From an uncultured virus (IMG/VR IMGVR_UViG_3300020048_000108) (taxonomy: Duplodnaviria > Heunggongvirae > Uroviricota > Caudoviricetes), in the IMG/VR virus record IMGVR_UViG_3300020048_000108: 20,000 nucleotides of DNA; one strand, 5' to 3'. Below are positions 7,197-14,292 of the stretch, piece by piece (within the stretch, counting starts at the first letter, position 1; each line of letters starts with the position of its first letter). The notes below the pieces were generated by a model. It made no database searches, was not told the origin of the DNA, and saw only the letters and a program-made list of their open reading frames with translations. The position numbers were made by a program, and so were the translations under genes.

Positions 7197-7460
7197 CTAC
7201 CACGTTCCACGTTGTACATGAATCTTGCGAATCTCTCCATAAATGAACTTTTTAAGTTTCTCGTCTGTGGTATTATCAAAGGCATAATGCAGGCGATTTA
7301 GGTAATCATCCTGTGTGGCACATTTGACTACTTTTGAGTTTGTCATTCCGATTTCATTGAGTGACGAACCTGCTTTCCTTCGTGGTTGGGAGATTGCACC
7401 AGATGTTCTAAACTTGGTAGAAATCTTTGAGAGATTGGATGTTGCAAAATCAAGTTTCAT
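7197..7460 (-). CDS. conserved cyanophage basic hypothetical protein
   Basis: 87 aa; SNLSKI..KFRTSG...TQDDYLNRLHYAFDNTTDEKLKKFIYGEIRKI. Confidence 0.75.
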   Translation of the reverse strand: MKLDFATSNLSKISTKFRTSGAISQPRRKAGSSLNEIGMTNSKVVKCATQDDYLNRLHYAFDNTTDEKLKKFIYGEIRKIHVQRGTW

Positions 7461-7465
7461 AAAGG

Positions 7466-7472
7466 ATAAATA
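7466..7472 (+). promoter_or_regulatory. T4-type late promoter motif
   Basis: ATAAATA 26 bp upstream of the HNH gene start. Confidence 0.55.
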
Positions 7473-7498
7473 ATAGGTAACTTTGGTTTAATTTTCTA

Positions 7499-8218
7499 AT
7501 GATACATAAACATCACCTTATTCCTAAACATAGAGGTGGAAGCGATGATCCATCAAATCTTGTAAAAGTTACACCAACTCAACACGCTATGTTTCATTAT
7601 TGTGAATGGAGATTGTGGGGAAGTCATAAAGATTTTTGTGCTTACAAAATGATTTTGGGTGATGTTAAAAATCCAGAGTTTAGGAGAGCAAGAAATGAAG
7701 CATTTAAGGAGATTATTTTAGAAGGTGGAAGAAAATGGAGAGAGAATAATCCAGATAAAGTTAGAGAAAATGGAATGAAAGGAAATAAATCTCAAAGGGA
7801 AAAACTTAAGAAATACAATAGAGAAATCGCACAACAAAAGTGGGAAGTTATAACACCAAATGGAGAGATAATAATCATAGAGAACATAGCAAAGTTTTGT
7901 TTAGAAAACAATTTGCAAAAATCAAAAATGACTTTAGTATCACAAGGACAAAGAAAACATCATAAAGGTTACAAATGTCGTAAGATAACTGGAAATGTTA
8001 ATGAATATGATGGTGAATTGTCTTTATTTGAGTGGGAAATAACAACACCAAATAATGAAGTTTTTGTTGTAGAAAACTTAAAGACTTTTTGTGTTGAAAA
8101 TAATCTTAAAGAAGGAATGGTGTATAGAGTTGGAAGAGGAGAAAGAAAACACCATAAAGGTTATAGAGTTAGAAAAGTTGTTAAACAGGTTAAAAACTAT
8201 TTGGATAGGTTGGAGTAA
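7499..8218 (+). CDS. free-standing HNH homing endonuclease with duplicated C-terminal DNA-binding-like repeat
   Basis: HKHHLIPKHRGGSDDPSNLVKVTPTQHAMFH; two copies of WEI/V.TPN.E....EN...FC.ENNL...RKHHKGY; only convincing plus-strand gene; A-rich. Confidence 0.88.
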   Translation: MIHKHHLIPKHRGGSDDPSNLVKVTPTQHAMFHYCEWRLWGSHKDFCAYKMILGDVKNPEFRRARNEAFKEIILEGGRKWRENNPDKVRENGMKGNKSQREKLKKYNREIAQQKWEVITPNGEIIIIENIAKFCLENNLQKSKMTLVSQGQRKHHKGYKCRKITGNVNEYDGELSLFEWEITTPNNEVFVVENLKTFCVENNLKEGMVYRVGRGERKHHKGYRVRKVVKQVKNYLDRLE

Positions 8219-8224
8219 GTCATT

Positions 8225-8458
8225 TCAGTTACTTTCAGCAATTTGGTTGAGAACGTTACGGGCAAACTTCATAAAACCATAGGCAGTCACAGCACCACAA
8301 GGACCACTATAACCAGTGCTAATTTCATAACTATCAAGCAAATCTGAACCATTGTAAGTATTCACAATCAGCAGACAAGCATCATACAATGCTGCTTGAT
8401 GTTCTTCTTTTGAGTGAAACTGAATTGCGTTGTAACCAGTAGGAAGAGTCATAATCAA
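8225..8458 (-). CDS. hypothetical protein
   Basis: 77 aa ORF (alternative start 8452). Confidence 0.7.
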   Translation of the reverse strand: MIMTLPTGYNAIQFHSKEEHQAALYDACLLIVNTYNGSDLLDSYEISTGYSGPCGAVTAYGFMKFARNVLNQIAESN

Positions 8459-8736
8459 ACTAGATTAAGTTGAGGAGCAGGTTGAACAGAAAAGGTGCCG
8501 ATTCTGTCGCAAGTGATAGAAACAGTATCATAAGGAGCACCGATTTCATCTACCACTTCCCAGTAATCTTCACCCTCTTCAATTACAGCATAACCGAAAG
8601 TTCCGGCATTTGAGAGTTGATCAAGACCACAACGTTCTGCTTGTCGTTGTGTGGAGAATCGCTCTTTACGATTCCACCAACCGTTTCGGGCAACATCATC
8701 AGAAGGTCCGAAAGTGATGCAGATAAAGTCAGTCAT
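8455..8736 (-). CDS. hypothetical protein
   Basis: 93 aa ORF directly downstream of repeat A. Confidence 0.7.
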   Translation of the reverse strand: MTDFICITFGPSDDVARNGWWNRKERFSTQRQAERCGLDQLSNAGTFGYAVIEEGEDYWEVVDEIGAPYDTVSITCDRIGTFSVQPAPQLNLV

Positions 8737-8757
8737 TTAAAGTCGGTTTGAGTTTGA

Positions 8758-8791
8758 TCCTTACACCTAGGGGACACTTTAAAGGCCCCAG
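8758..8791 (-). repeat. repeat family A copy 6
   Basis: tccttacacctaggggacactttaaaggccccag. Confidence 0.95.
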
Positions 8792-8806
8792 GATAGATTA
8801 TTCATA

Positions 8807-9670
8807 TTAAAACCTCACCAGGTTAAAGTTAGCAGCAGAAAAGCATTCTCGATTTACAAGTTTGAAAATCAGATTATCGCTCTTGTAGACGAAACCTTCA
8901 CCGACAATCTTCTGATCTTGAATATAAGCAACAGGATTATCCGTTACAATCATACAGTCCATCAAATCTTCCTTAACCTCAATCATCGTAAGATACAGAT
9001 CTGCAAGTTCGCGACTACCAAGAATGTGAGTAAGATTGTCCCAGTTCAGTTCATCACCTTCACGAATCAGTGCATTGATTTGTTTCTTTGCTTCTACTGC
9101 TTCCTTTACATTCAGGAAGAGAACATTAGAGGTATCAATCTTTGGGAGATTGATAGGAAGAAAATCTACGCAAGGTTGAACAAACTTCACATTCTCGGTA
9201 TCACTAAAGAATGGTGCGCTACCGATTACATAGGCATTCTTCAGTTCATCATCAGTATGCCAAATAGTATGAGGAGCAACAATAATGTTTTGATCAACTA
9301 CTTCAGAAAACTTGTAAGTGACCGTATTGGGGCAATAAGTATCAGAACCGCCAAAACCAATAAAATCACATTGATAGATAGACTCTGTGACAGGCAGATA
9401 ATCAAAGCAAGCATGAAGAATATCTGCAACCTGACCCGTGTGGTTCTTATCAATTTCTTCATGAGAATGATTGATTTTGAGTTTAACTTTGTTGAAGACA
9501 GATTTAGTGCCGACACACCATTTGCCGTTTGCAGGATTTGTACCAAAAACTACACTGGGACTGCCATCTATCTTAAGGGAAACTTCATAATCAGAATTGA
9601 AGAAATTGAGGATAGAAAGATCTCCCGTGAGAATGCAATCTTCGAAGTGTTCTTGGTGTTTGTTTTGCAT
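8807..9670 (-). CDS. conserved phage protein with ligase/nucleotidyltransferase-like motifs
   Basis: NKHQEHFED, KIDGSP (KxDG), GTKSVFNK, YQCDFI, GEGFV, FKLVNR. Confidence 0.75.
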   Translation of the reverse strand: MQNKHQEHFEDCILTGDLSILNFFNSDYEVSLKIDGSPSVVFGTNPANGKWCVGTKSVFNKVKLKINHSHEEIDKNHTGQVADILHACFDYLPVTESIYQCDFIGFGGSDTYCPNTVTYKFSEVVDQNIIVAPHTIWHTDDELKNAYVIGSAPFFSDTENVKFVQPCVDFLPINLPKIDTSNVLFLNVKEAVEAKKQINALIREGDELNWDNLTHILGSRELADLYLTMIEVKEDLMDCMIVTDNPVAYIQDQKIVGEGFVYKSDNLIFKLVNRECFSAANFNLVRF

Positions 9671-9676
9671 GATCTT

Positions 9677-9736
9677 AGTATGACACAGAATCCGGAAGAT
9701 TTCAAGTGGTCGTGTGCCAGTTTCAGAACCGGCACA
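9677..9736 (-). promoter_or_regulatory. family B inverted repeat plus sigma70 promoter (leaderless transcript likely)
   Basis: tgtgccag-tttcagaa-ccggcaca at 9713-9736; TTGAAA-17 bp-CATACT; ATG 6 nt after the -10 box. Confidence 0.75.
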
Positions 9737-9751
9737 CCTTAAGAGTTTTAG

Positions 9752-9892
9752 TTACTTACGAAGAGGAGAATTGCCAAAGGAACGAAACACAGAAACGACA
9801 ATGATAAGCGTCGAAACAATACCAACCATGCCAAGGAAGGTAACACCATTGCCAGTAAAATCGAGAGTATTAACTGTAGTCATTTCAGTCAT
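9752..9892 (-). CDS. small single-pass membrane protein
   Basis: MTEMTTVNTLDFTGNGVTFLGMVGIVSTLIIVVSVFRSFGNSPLRK. Confidence 0.7.
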   Translation of the reverse strand: MTEMTTVNTLDFTGNGVTFLGMVGIVSTLIIVVSVFRSFGNSPLRK

Positions 9893-9893
9893 T

Positions 9894-10004
9894 TCAGGTA
9901 AGTTTGATGTAAGATTTGTTGATGATAGTTTGCCACTCATTGGATGCCGAAAGTCGTTGATCTACGATTACCCAACGACCTTGAAACTTAATAAGTTTTC
10001 TCAT
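9894..10004 (-). CDS. small hypothetical protein (36 aa)
   Basis: Manual translation MRKLIKFQGRWVIVDQRLSASNEWQTIINKSYIKLT; fills the gap exactly with TGATG coupling. Confidence 0.55.
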   Translation of the reverse strand: MRKLIKFQGRWVIVDQRLSASNEWQTIINKSYIKLT

Positions 10005-10138
10005 CAGTAATCAATGTTAGAGTTCAGGTAATCGTTAACGTTAAACTTTTCTTCATCAAGTTCGCGAAGTTCGGGAATATCAAGGTCAAAGATTTCACCT
10101 TGCATATCTTGAATCTCGCTCCAAAGTTCGTCGTACAT
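10004..10138 (-). CDS. small acidic protein (44 aa)
   Basis: MYDELWSEIQDMQGEIFDLDIPELRELDEEKFNVNDYLNSNIDY. Confidence 0.7.
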   Translation of the reverse strand: MYDELWSEIQDMQGEIFDLDIPELRELDEEKFNVNDYLNSNIDY

Positions 10139-10166
10139 TGTTTCGGTGCTTGTGGTTGTCTTTGTA

Positions 10167-10225
10167 ATCATAAGGCACCTAGAGCGTCTTCTAGGTGCCA
10201 CTGCGGCAGTTTCTAAAGTGTCACA
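10167..10225 (-). promoter_or_regulatory. family B inverted repeat, hairpin and -10 promoter
   Basis: tgcggcag-tttctaaa-gtgtcaca at 10202-10225; 10-bp stem ggcacctaga/tctaggtgcc at 10174-10199; TATGAT at 10172-10167. Confidence 0.65.
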
Positions 10226-10393
10226 TCATACTTCATAGAACTTATAGTGACGAATCTCTGACTGATAGAATGCTTGATCTTCGGAATCATTACAGAAACC
10301 GAGAAGATAGTTGCACATTTCGACCCGGTGATTACAAACATCTTGCAGAATCTCAGGATTACGTTGGAAGCAGTTGTTAAAGTCAACAATCAT
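10226..10393 (-). CDS. small hypothetical protein (55 aa)
   Basis: Manual translation MIVDFNNCFQRNPEILQDVCNHRVEMCNYLLGFCNDSEDQAFYQSEIRHYKFYEV. Confidence 0.65.
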   Translation of the reverse strand: MIVDFNNCFQRNPEILQDVCNHRVEMCNYLLGFCNDSEDQAFYQSEIRHYKFYEV

Positions 10394-10417
10394 CGGAATT
10401 CCCTCAGCAACAAATGT

Positions 10418-10476
10418 AGAATAACAGGATTTTGTGTCGTTTGGTGATTTTGTGTGCCACCTTGACGACTGGCACA
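10418..10476 (-). promoter_or_regulatory. family B inverted repeat plus extended -10 promoter
   Basis: tgtgccac-cttgacga-ctggcaca at 10453-10476; TGTTATTCT at 10426-10418. Confidence 0.7.
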
Positions 10477-10503
10477 GGAGGATTCAGTTGATTATAAGGG
10501 GGA

Positions 10504-10532
10504 TTGACAAAGTACGAAATCTGTATTAGACT
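10504..10532 (+). promoter_or_regulatory. plus-strand sigma70 promoter
   Basis: TTGACA-17 bp-TAGACT. Confidence 0.65.
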
Positions 10533-10717
10533 AGGTTTGTCATCAATGAAGATAAGTTGTATCTAATACTTTAAAGGGATGAGGTATAAAAGGGGGAAGG
10601 ACACCACTCCTTCCCTGATAGCAACCTACACCTTTATTTTTTATAATATCACCACAGGAGTAACTTTAACNNNNNNNNNNAGTCAACAATCATTCGGATT
10701 CCGTCAGCAACAAATGT

Positions 10718-10776
10718 AGAATAACAGGTTTCAGCGACGTTTGGTGGTTTTCTGTGCCACCTTTACAACTGGCACA
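10718..10776 (-). promoter_or_regulatory. family B inverted repeat plus extended -10 promoter
   Basis: tgtgccac-ctttacaa-ctggcaca at 10753-10776; TGTTATTCT at 10726-10718. Confidence 0.7.
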
Positions 10777-10979
10777 TCATCATTCAATTGTACCTGCAGT
10801 TGAGAAACAATTGTATCAACGAATGCCAGAACAGTTTGCATTACTTTAAGAACCATTTCTTTACCATTGTTTTCATTGAAGGCACGAACCGAATACTGGA
10901 AAACACCAACAACGATTGCGGAGATAGTAGCAACATTGAAAATCAGAGTTTGATAGAAGTTTTTGTAGTAATCTTGCAT
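10731..10979 (-). CDS. hypothetical protein with hydrophobic segment
   Basis: 82 aa ORF downstream of repeat A. Confidence 0.7.
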   Translation of the reverse strand: MQDYYKNFYQTLIFNVATISAIVVGVFQYSVRAFNENNGKEMVLKVMQTVLAFVDTIVSQLQVQLNDDVPVVKVAQKTTKRR

Positions 10980-11009
10980 TTTGTTTTTGGTTTAGTGCTG
11001 TGAGGATCA

Positions 11010-11043
11010 CCCTCACACCTAGGCGACACTTTCAAGGCCCCAG
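11010..11043 (-). repeat. repeat family A copy 7
   Basis: ccctcacacctaggcgacactttcaaggccccag. Confidence 0.92.
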
Positions 11044-11045
11044 AG

Positions 11046-11786
11046 TTAAATCATAAAACTCAAAAGTGGATTATTGATACGATCTCGTGCTACCGTAAAA
11101 TACTTTTCTTCCCTTTCAATTCCGATAAAATTTCTATTACAATTGACTGCAGCAACTCCAGTAGTACCACTTCCCATACAAGGATCTAAAATCACATCAT
11201 TCTCATTGGAAAAAGTACGAATAAGATACTCATATAGCAACACAGGTTTCTGTGTTGGATGATACTTACCTTCAGATTCTGCGGTTTTAAAATAGATTAC
11301 ACTTCTTGGGTAGCGAAGTCCAGTATCATTTTTAACATGTACTTCTTTAGTTTGCACTCCATATGCTTCAGTATCTCTTACTGCCTTACCCTTATCATAC
11401 GGAGTTCCTTGTGTCATTTGTGGGTTATATGTGGGTTGTTTTTTATAAAAAACAACCACCTCTTCATGAGCACGAAGAGGTTGCTTCTTTGCATTCAAAT
11501 AACCAGAGGACTTTGACTTCTCCCATACCATCGTGTACTTAAAATGTTCATAGTTTGAAGCAATCAGAACACTTGTAAATGGTTGTGCTGCTGTAGAAAT
11601 AACAGCACAATTTGGTTTGCATATCATATCAACTTTTTTCCAGAATGTTGGATAATCAATGATACTATCCCATTCATTCCTCTTATTAAGTGTTCCGTAG
11701 GGAAAATCTGTCAACAACAAATCAATACTTTGGAGTTCAAGATTGCCCAAAACATTGAACATATCGTCATTGAATAACTGAATCAT
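11046..11786 (-). CDS. beta-class N6-adenine/N4-cytosine DNA methyltransferase
   Basis: Motif IV IDLLLTDFPY precedes HPTQKP and motif I ILDPCMGSGTTG..RNFIGIE; ATGA coupling to the upstream gene. Confidence 0.93.
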   Translation of the reverse strand: MIQLFNDDMFNVLGNLELQSIDLLLTDFPYGTLNKRNEWDSIIDYPTFWKKVDMICKPNCAVISTAAQPFTSVLIASNYEHFKYTMVWEKSKSSGYLNAKKQPLRAHEEVVVFYKKQPTYNPQMTQGTPYDKGKAVRDTEAYGVQTKEVHVKNDTGLRYPRSVIYFKTAESEGKYHPTQKPVLLYEYLIRTFSNENDVILDPCMGSGTTGVAAVNCNRNFIGIEREEKYFTVARDRINNPLLSFMI

Positions 11787-12361
11787 TTTTGCAACCACTC
11801 TACAAATTTATTATAACTCACCTCGTCAAGTTTGAAGTCGGCACGATAGTCTGCATTGTAAATAGGACGCTTTGAACTGCGTTTGCGGTAAGGATTAATA
11901 AAGAAAATATTCAAATCCTTACCAGTTAGTTCTTTGAAAAGTGCAAGATAATATGCAAGAGAATCTTTACGACAAGCATTCTGGCCAGCAAAGATTGCAA
12001 ACTCTACATCATCAGGAACATCAGGAGATTGATCAAGTCCAATAAAATTAAGGATTGCACGTTCAAGATTGCAAAGATCCAAATAAGTCTTGCACTCTAT
12101 CATTTTTTTCAATACACCTTGAATATAGACGTGAGCGTCAACTTGAAGATTGTTCAAGCACCTACCACCAACTATCATTGTTCTTTTGTAATCATTCTTT
12201 TTCGGATCAAAACCCAAATATTCACAAGTTTTGAAAGCGAGATTCTCATAGACTGTACCTGAACCAGACCTCGCCTTACCTCCCCCCTTATTTTTATGAA
12301 GGAGAGGAAGTTGATCAACTTCAAATTCGTAATTTTCAATCAGTGTGGAAAATTGAGTCAT
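11783..12361 (-). CDS. putative PD-(D/E)xK restriction endonuclease-like protein
   Basis: G..YE...QVDAHVY...MIECKTYLD pattern; translationally coupled to the methyltransferase. Confidence 0.65.
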   Translation of the reverse strand: MTQFSTLIENYEFEVDQLPLLHKNKGGGKARSGSGTVYENLAFKTCEYLGFDPKKNDYKRTMIVGGRCLNNLQVDAHVYIQGVLKKMIECKTYLDLCNLERAILNFIGLDQSPDVPDDVEFAIFAGQNACRKDSLAYYLALFKELTGKDLNIFFINPYRKRSSKRPIYNADYRADFKLDEVSYNKFVEWLQK

Positions 12362-12370
12362 TGGTTTTGG

Positions 12371-12404
12371 TGATTATAATGAGAGGACACTTTAAAGAAC
12401 GCAG
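12371..12404 (-). repeat. repeat family A degenerate copy
   Basis: tgattataatgagaggacactttaaagaacgcag; core GGACACTTT retained. Confidence 0.7.
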
Positions 12405-12435
12405 ATTATTGTTAATCTGGGGGACAGAGTTTCAA

Positions 12436-12747
12436 TTAGTCTTCCCGTGTTCCAAAATACCATAGAACACCAAGAATGACAATAGCAGGAATTGTATAGT
12501 ACCAATACGTTACAATTACACCCAATAGAAGCAAAGCACCCAAAAGTAGAGCACCTGCAGAGGAATCGCCACCACCAGAACTTGAGGAACTACTTCTACG
12601 AACTTGATGAAGATTTACGATCTGCTGAACATCACCATGCTTTGCATAGATTTGTTCTTTTGCACCACTAAATGTTGCTGCTTCTACTTCAGTGTTAATC
12701 CGTCCAACACGAGAATTAACAAATACTTCTGCTCTCCAAGTTGCCAT
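12436..12747 (-). CDS. conserved cyanophage membrane-anchored protein
   Basis: MATWRAEVFVNSRVGRI..., Ser/Gly linker, C-terminal hydrophobic helices. Confidence 0.8.
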   Translation of the reverse strand: MATWRAEVFVNSRVGRINTEVEAATFSGAKEQIYAKHGDVQQIVNLHQVRRSSSSSSGGGDSSAGALLLGALLLLGVIVTYWYYTIPAIVILGVLWYFGTRED

Positions 12748-12749
12748 AA

Positions 12750-12944
12750 TTAATTTGCTTGTGCTTTGAGTCGTTCAATAGTTGCTACAATGTGCTCTAG
12801 TGCAGCACAGGAATATCCAACTGCATAGGGATAACTTTTCTCCGGATCACTGGGTGCAGTACGACACACTTTAAGAACATCTTGTAGTCCATCAATTACA
12901 GTTTCAAGAGTAGTTTCAGGAATTGTAACATACTTCATAATCAA
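12750..12944 (-). CDS. hypothetical protein
   Basis: 64 aa with SYPYAVGYS motif. Confidence 0.7.
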   Translation of the reverse strand: MIMKYVTIPETTLETVIDGLQDVLKVCRTAPSDPEKSYPYAVGYSCAALEHIVATIERLKAQAN

Positions 12945-13138
12945 CCTCCGTAGATTTCATCAAAAAGAGGAGTATCACCGAACAGTTCTTTAAACAAATC
13001 CACAGGAGGATTGTTCAGTTGTTCTTCAAGACGTTTGAGAGACTTGATCTTGCTTTGATAGAACTCCATTTCCTTTTTTGCTTTCAAGTAAGCATTACGA
13101 GCATCATAAAGTGCTCTTTGGATTTCAACTTGGTTCAT
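12941..13138 (-). CDS. small coiled-coil hypothetical protein
   Basis: 65 aa ORF directly downstream of repeat A. Confidence 0.7.
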   Translation of the reverse strand: MNQVEIQRALYDARNAYLKAKKEMEFYQSKIKSLKRLEEQLNNPPVDLFKELFGDTPLFDEIYGG

Positions 13139-13149
13139 TTTGAGTTGTG

Positions 13150-13183
13150 TCCTTACACCAAGGCGACACTTTGAAGGCCCCAG
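13150..13183 (-). repeat. repeat family A copy 8
   Basis: tccttacaccaaggcgacactttgaaggccccag. Confidence 0.95.
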
Positions 13184-13190
13184 GTTTCAT

Positions 13191-13751
13191 CTATTTGGCG
13201 TCAGTGAGATTCTTAAGTTTAATTTGATCTGGTGTTGTTCCTCGTCTTTCTGCTTCACCTCTTCTTGCCAACTCTTGAGCATATTTGTGTCCGTCTCTGG
13301 TAATTTGTTTTCTTTTTTCTCTACTTATTCCAACCACTGCTCTTTTAGGTTGATCAGCAGGTCTCTTATCTTCTGGTGCTTTAGTTTTAGTGGAGAGAAG
13401 TTCTGTTGCAGTTTTAGTCTTTGCACCTGCTTCTCTTGCTTTTCTTTCTAAACGTGCCTTACGTTGTGCTTCTTTAAAGGATAATGCAGCAGAACCACGT
13501 TCTTGAGTTGGTTGTTGTACTCTTTTAGCACTTTGTCTTTGAGTTCCAATATCAGATCTTGATTTGTACGACGAAGGTGTTCTTTCCTGCCCCTGCTTAC
13601 CCTTATCACTCTTTTGAGACATTCTACGAATCTCTGGCGTACTTTTCTTTCTTTCCTGTCCAACTTTTCCTACATCTTGAGGTGCCGATGCTGGTTTATC
13701 GGTCTCGTAGTATGCTTCGGTGATGGACATAAACTGGCGAAAAGTTTTCAT
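13191..13751 (-). CDS. basic low-complexity protein with MKTFxxF N-terminus (probable late, head-packaged protein)
   Basis: MKTFRQFMSITEAY; K/R/Q-rich; ATAAATA late motif at 13783-13777. Confidence 0.7.
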   Translation of the reverse strand: MKTFRQFMSITEAYYETDKPASAPQDVGKVGQERKKSTPEIRRMSQKSDKGKQGQERTPSSYKSRSDIGTQRQSAKRVQQPTQERGSAALSFKEAQRKARLERKAREAGAKTKTATELLSTKTKAPEDKRPADQPKRAVVGISREKRKQITRDGHKYAQELARRGEAERRGTTPDQIKLKNLTDAK

Positions 13752-13779
13752 CTTCTACTTTTAGATAATCTCCATATAT

Positions 13780-13965
13780 TTATGCAGCAGATGCTTTTGT
13801 TCCCTTAAATACCCGACCATCTTTATAGAATTGTTGAACACGTTCACGACGCAACATTAACAAATTGGCATATGTCACTTGTTGCTCTCCATTCAAACGA
13901 AAGTTATTCTGCCTCCAGATAGTTTGAAGTTCACGAATCTGATAAAGAATTTCAGCGGATTTCAT
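13780..13965 (-). CDS. conserved cyanophage hypothetical protein
   Basis: 61 aa; WRQNNF...LRRERVQQFYKDGRVFKG. Confidence 0.75.
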   Translation of the reverse strand: MKSAEILYQIRELQTIWRQNNFRLNGEQQVTYANLLMLRRERVQQFYKDGRVFKGTKASAA

Positions 13966-14107
13966 AGTTTTTGTGTGTATTTTCGGTGAGATTAATGGTT
14001 GATTGTTGAATAGACCTTACACCAGAATCGAGAATTGGTGCAAGTCCAGAAAATCCTACAGTTGTTGATGCAATTCCTAGAATAAAACCGAAGAAGAATG
14101 CTTTCAT
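13952..14107 (-). CDS. small membrane protein (51 aa)
   Basis: Manual translation MKAFFFGFILGIASTTVGFSGLAPILDSGVRSIQQSTINLTENTHKNYEIR. Confidence 0.6.
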   Translation of the reverse strand: MKAFFFGFILGIASTTVGFSGLAPILDSGVRSIQQSTINLTENTHKNYEIR

Positions 14108-14124
14108 TTTAGATAGGGAGAGTT

Positions 14125-14265
14125 TCAGTAATCGTAGTCAGAATTCAACAATGAATTGAAATTTTTTGAATCGGTTTCTTCTTCTTCAAGGAGATCATCG
14201 TAACATGCTTCTACAAAATCAAATCCAGAGGATTCTTCAATACAAAAATCATCAAAGTCGTTCAT
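14125..14265 (-). CDS. small acidic protein (46 aa)
   Basis: Manual translation MNDFDDFCIEESSGFDFVEACYDDLLEEEETDSKNFNSLLNSDYDY. Confidence 0.65.
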   Translation of the reverse strand: MNDFDDFCIEESSGFDFVEACYDDLLEEEETDSKNFNSLLNSDYDY

Positions 14266-14292
14266 ATTCAGTATTTCTATTGTAGTTTGTTT

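Noticed and set aside
8918..9742. 274 aa plus-strand ORF and other plus-strand ORFs (1190-1735, 4910-5290, 17414-17785)
   Set aside because: They are antisense shadows of well-supported minus-strand genes and have no recognisable motifs.
14014..14043. ccttacacca hairpin resembling a repeat A half or a promoter
   Set aside because: It lies inside ORF 13952-14107 and lacks the GACACTTT core.
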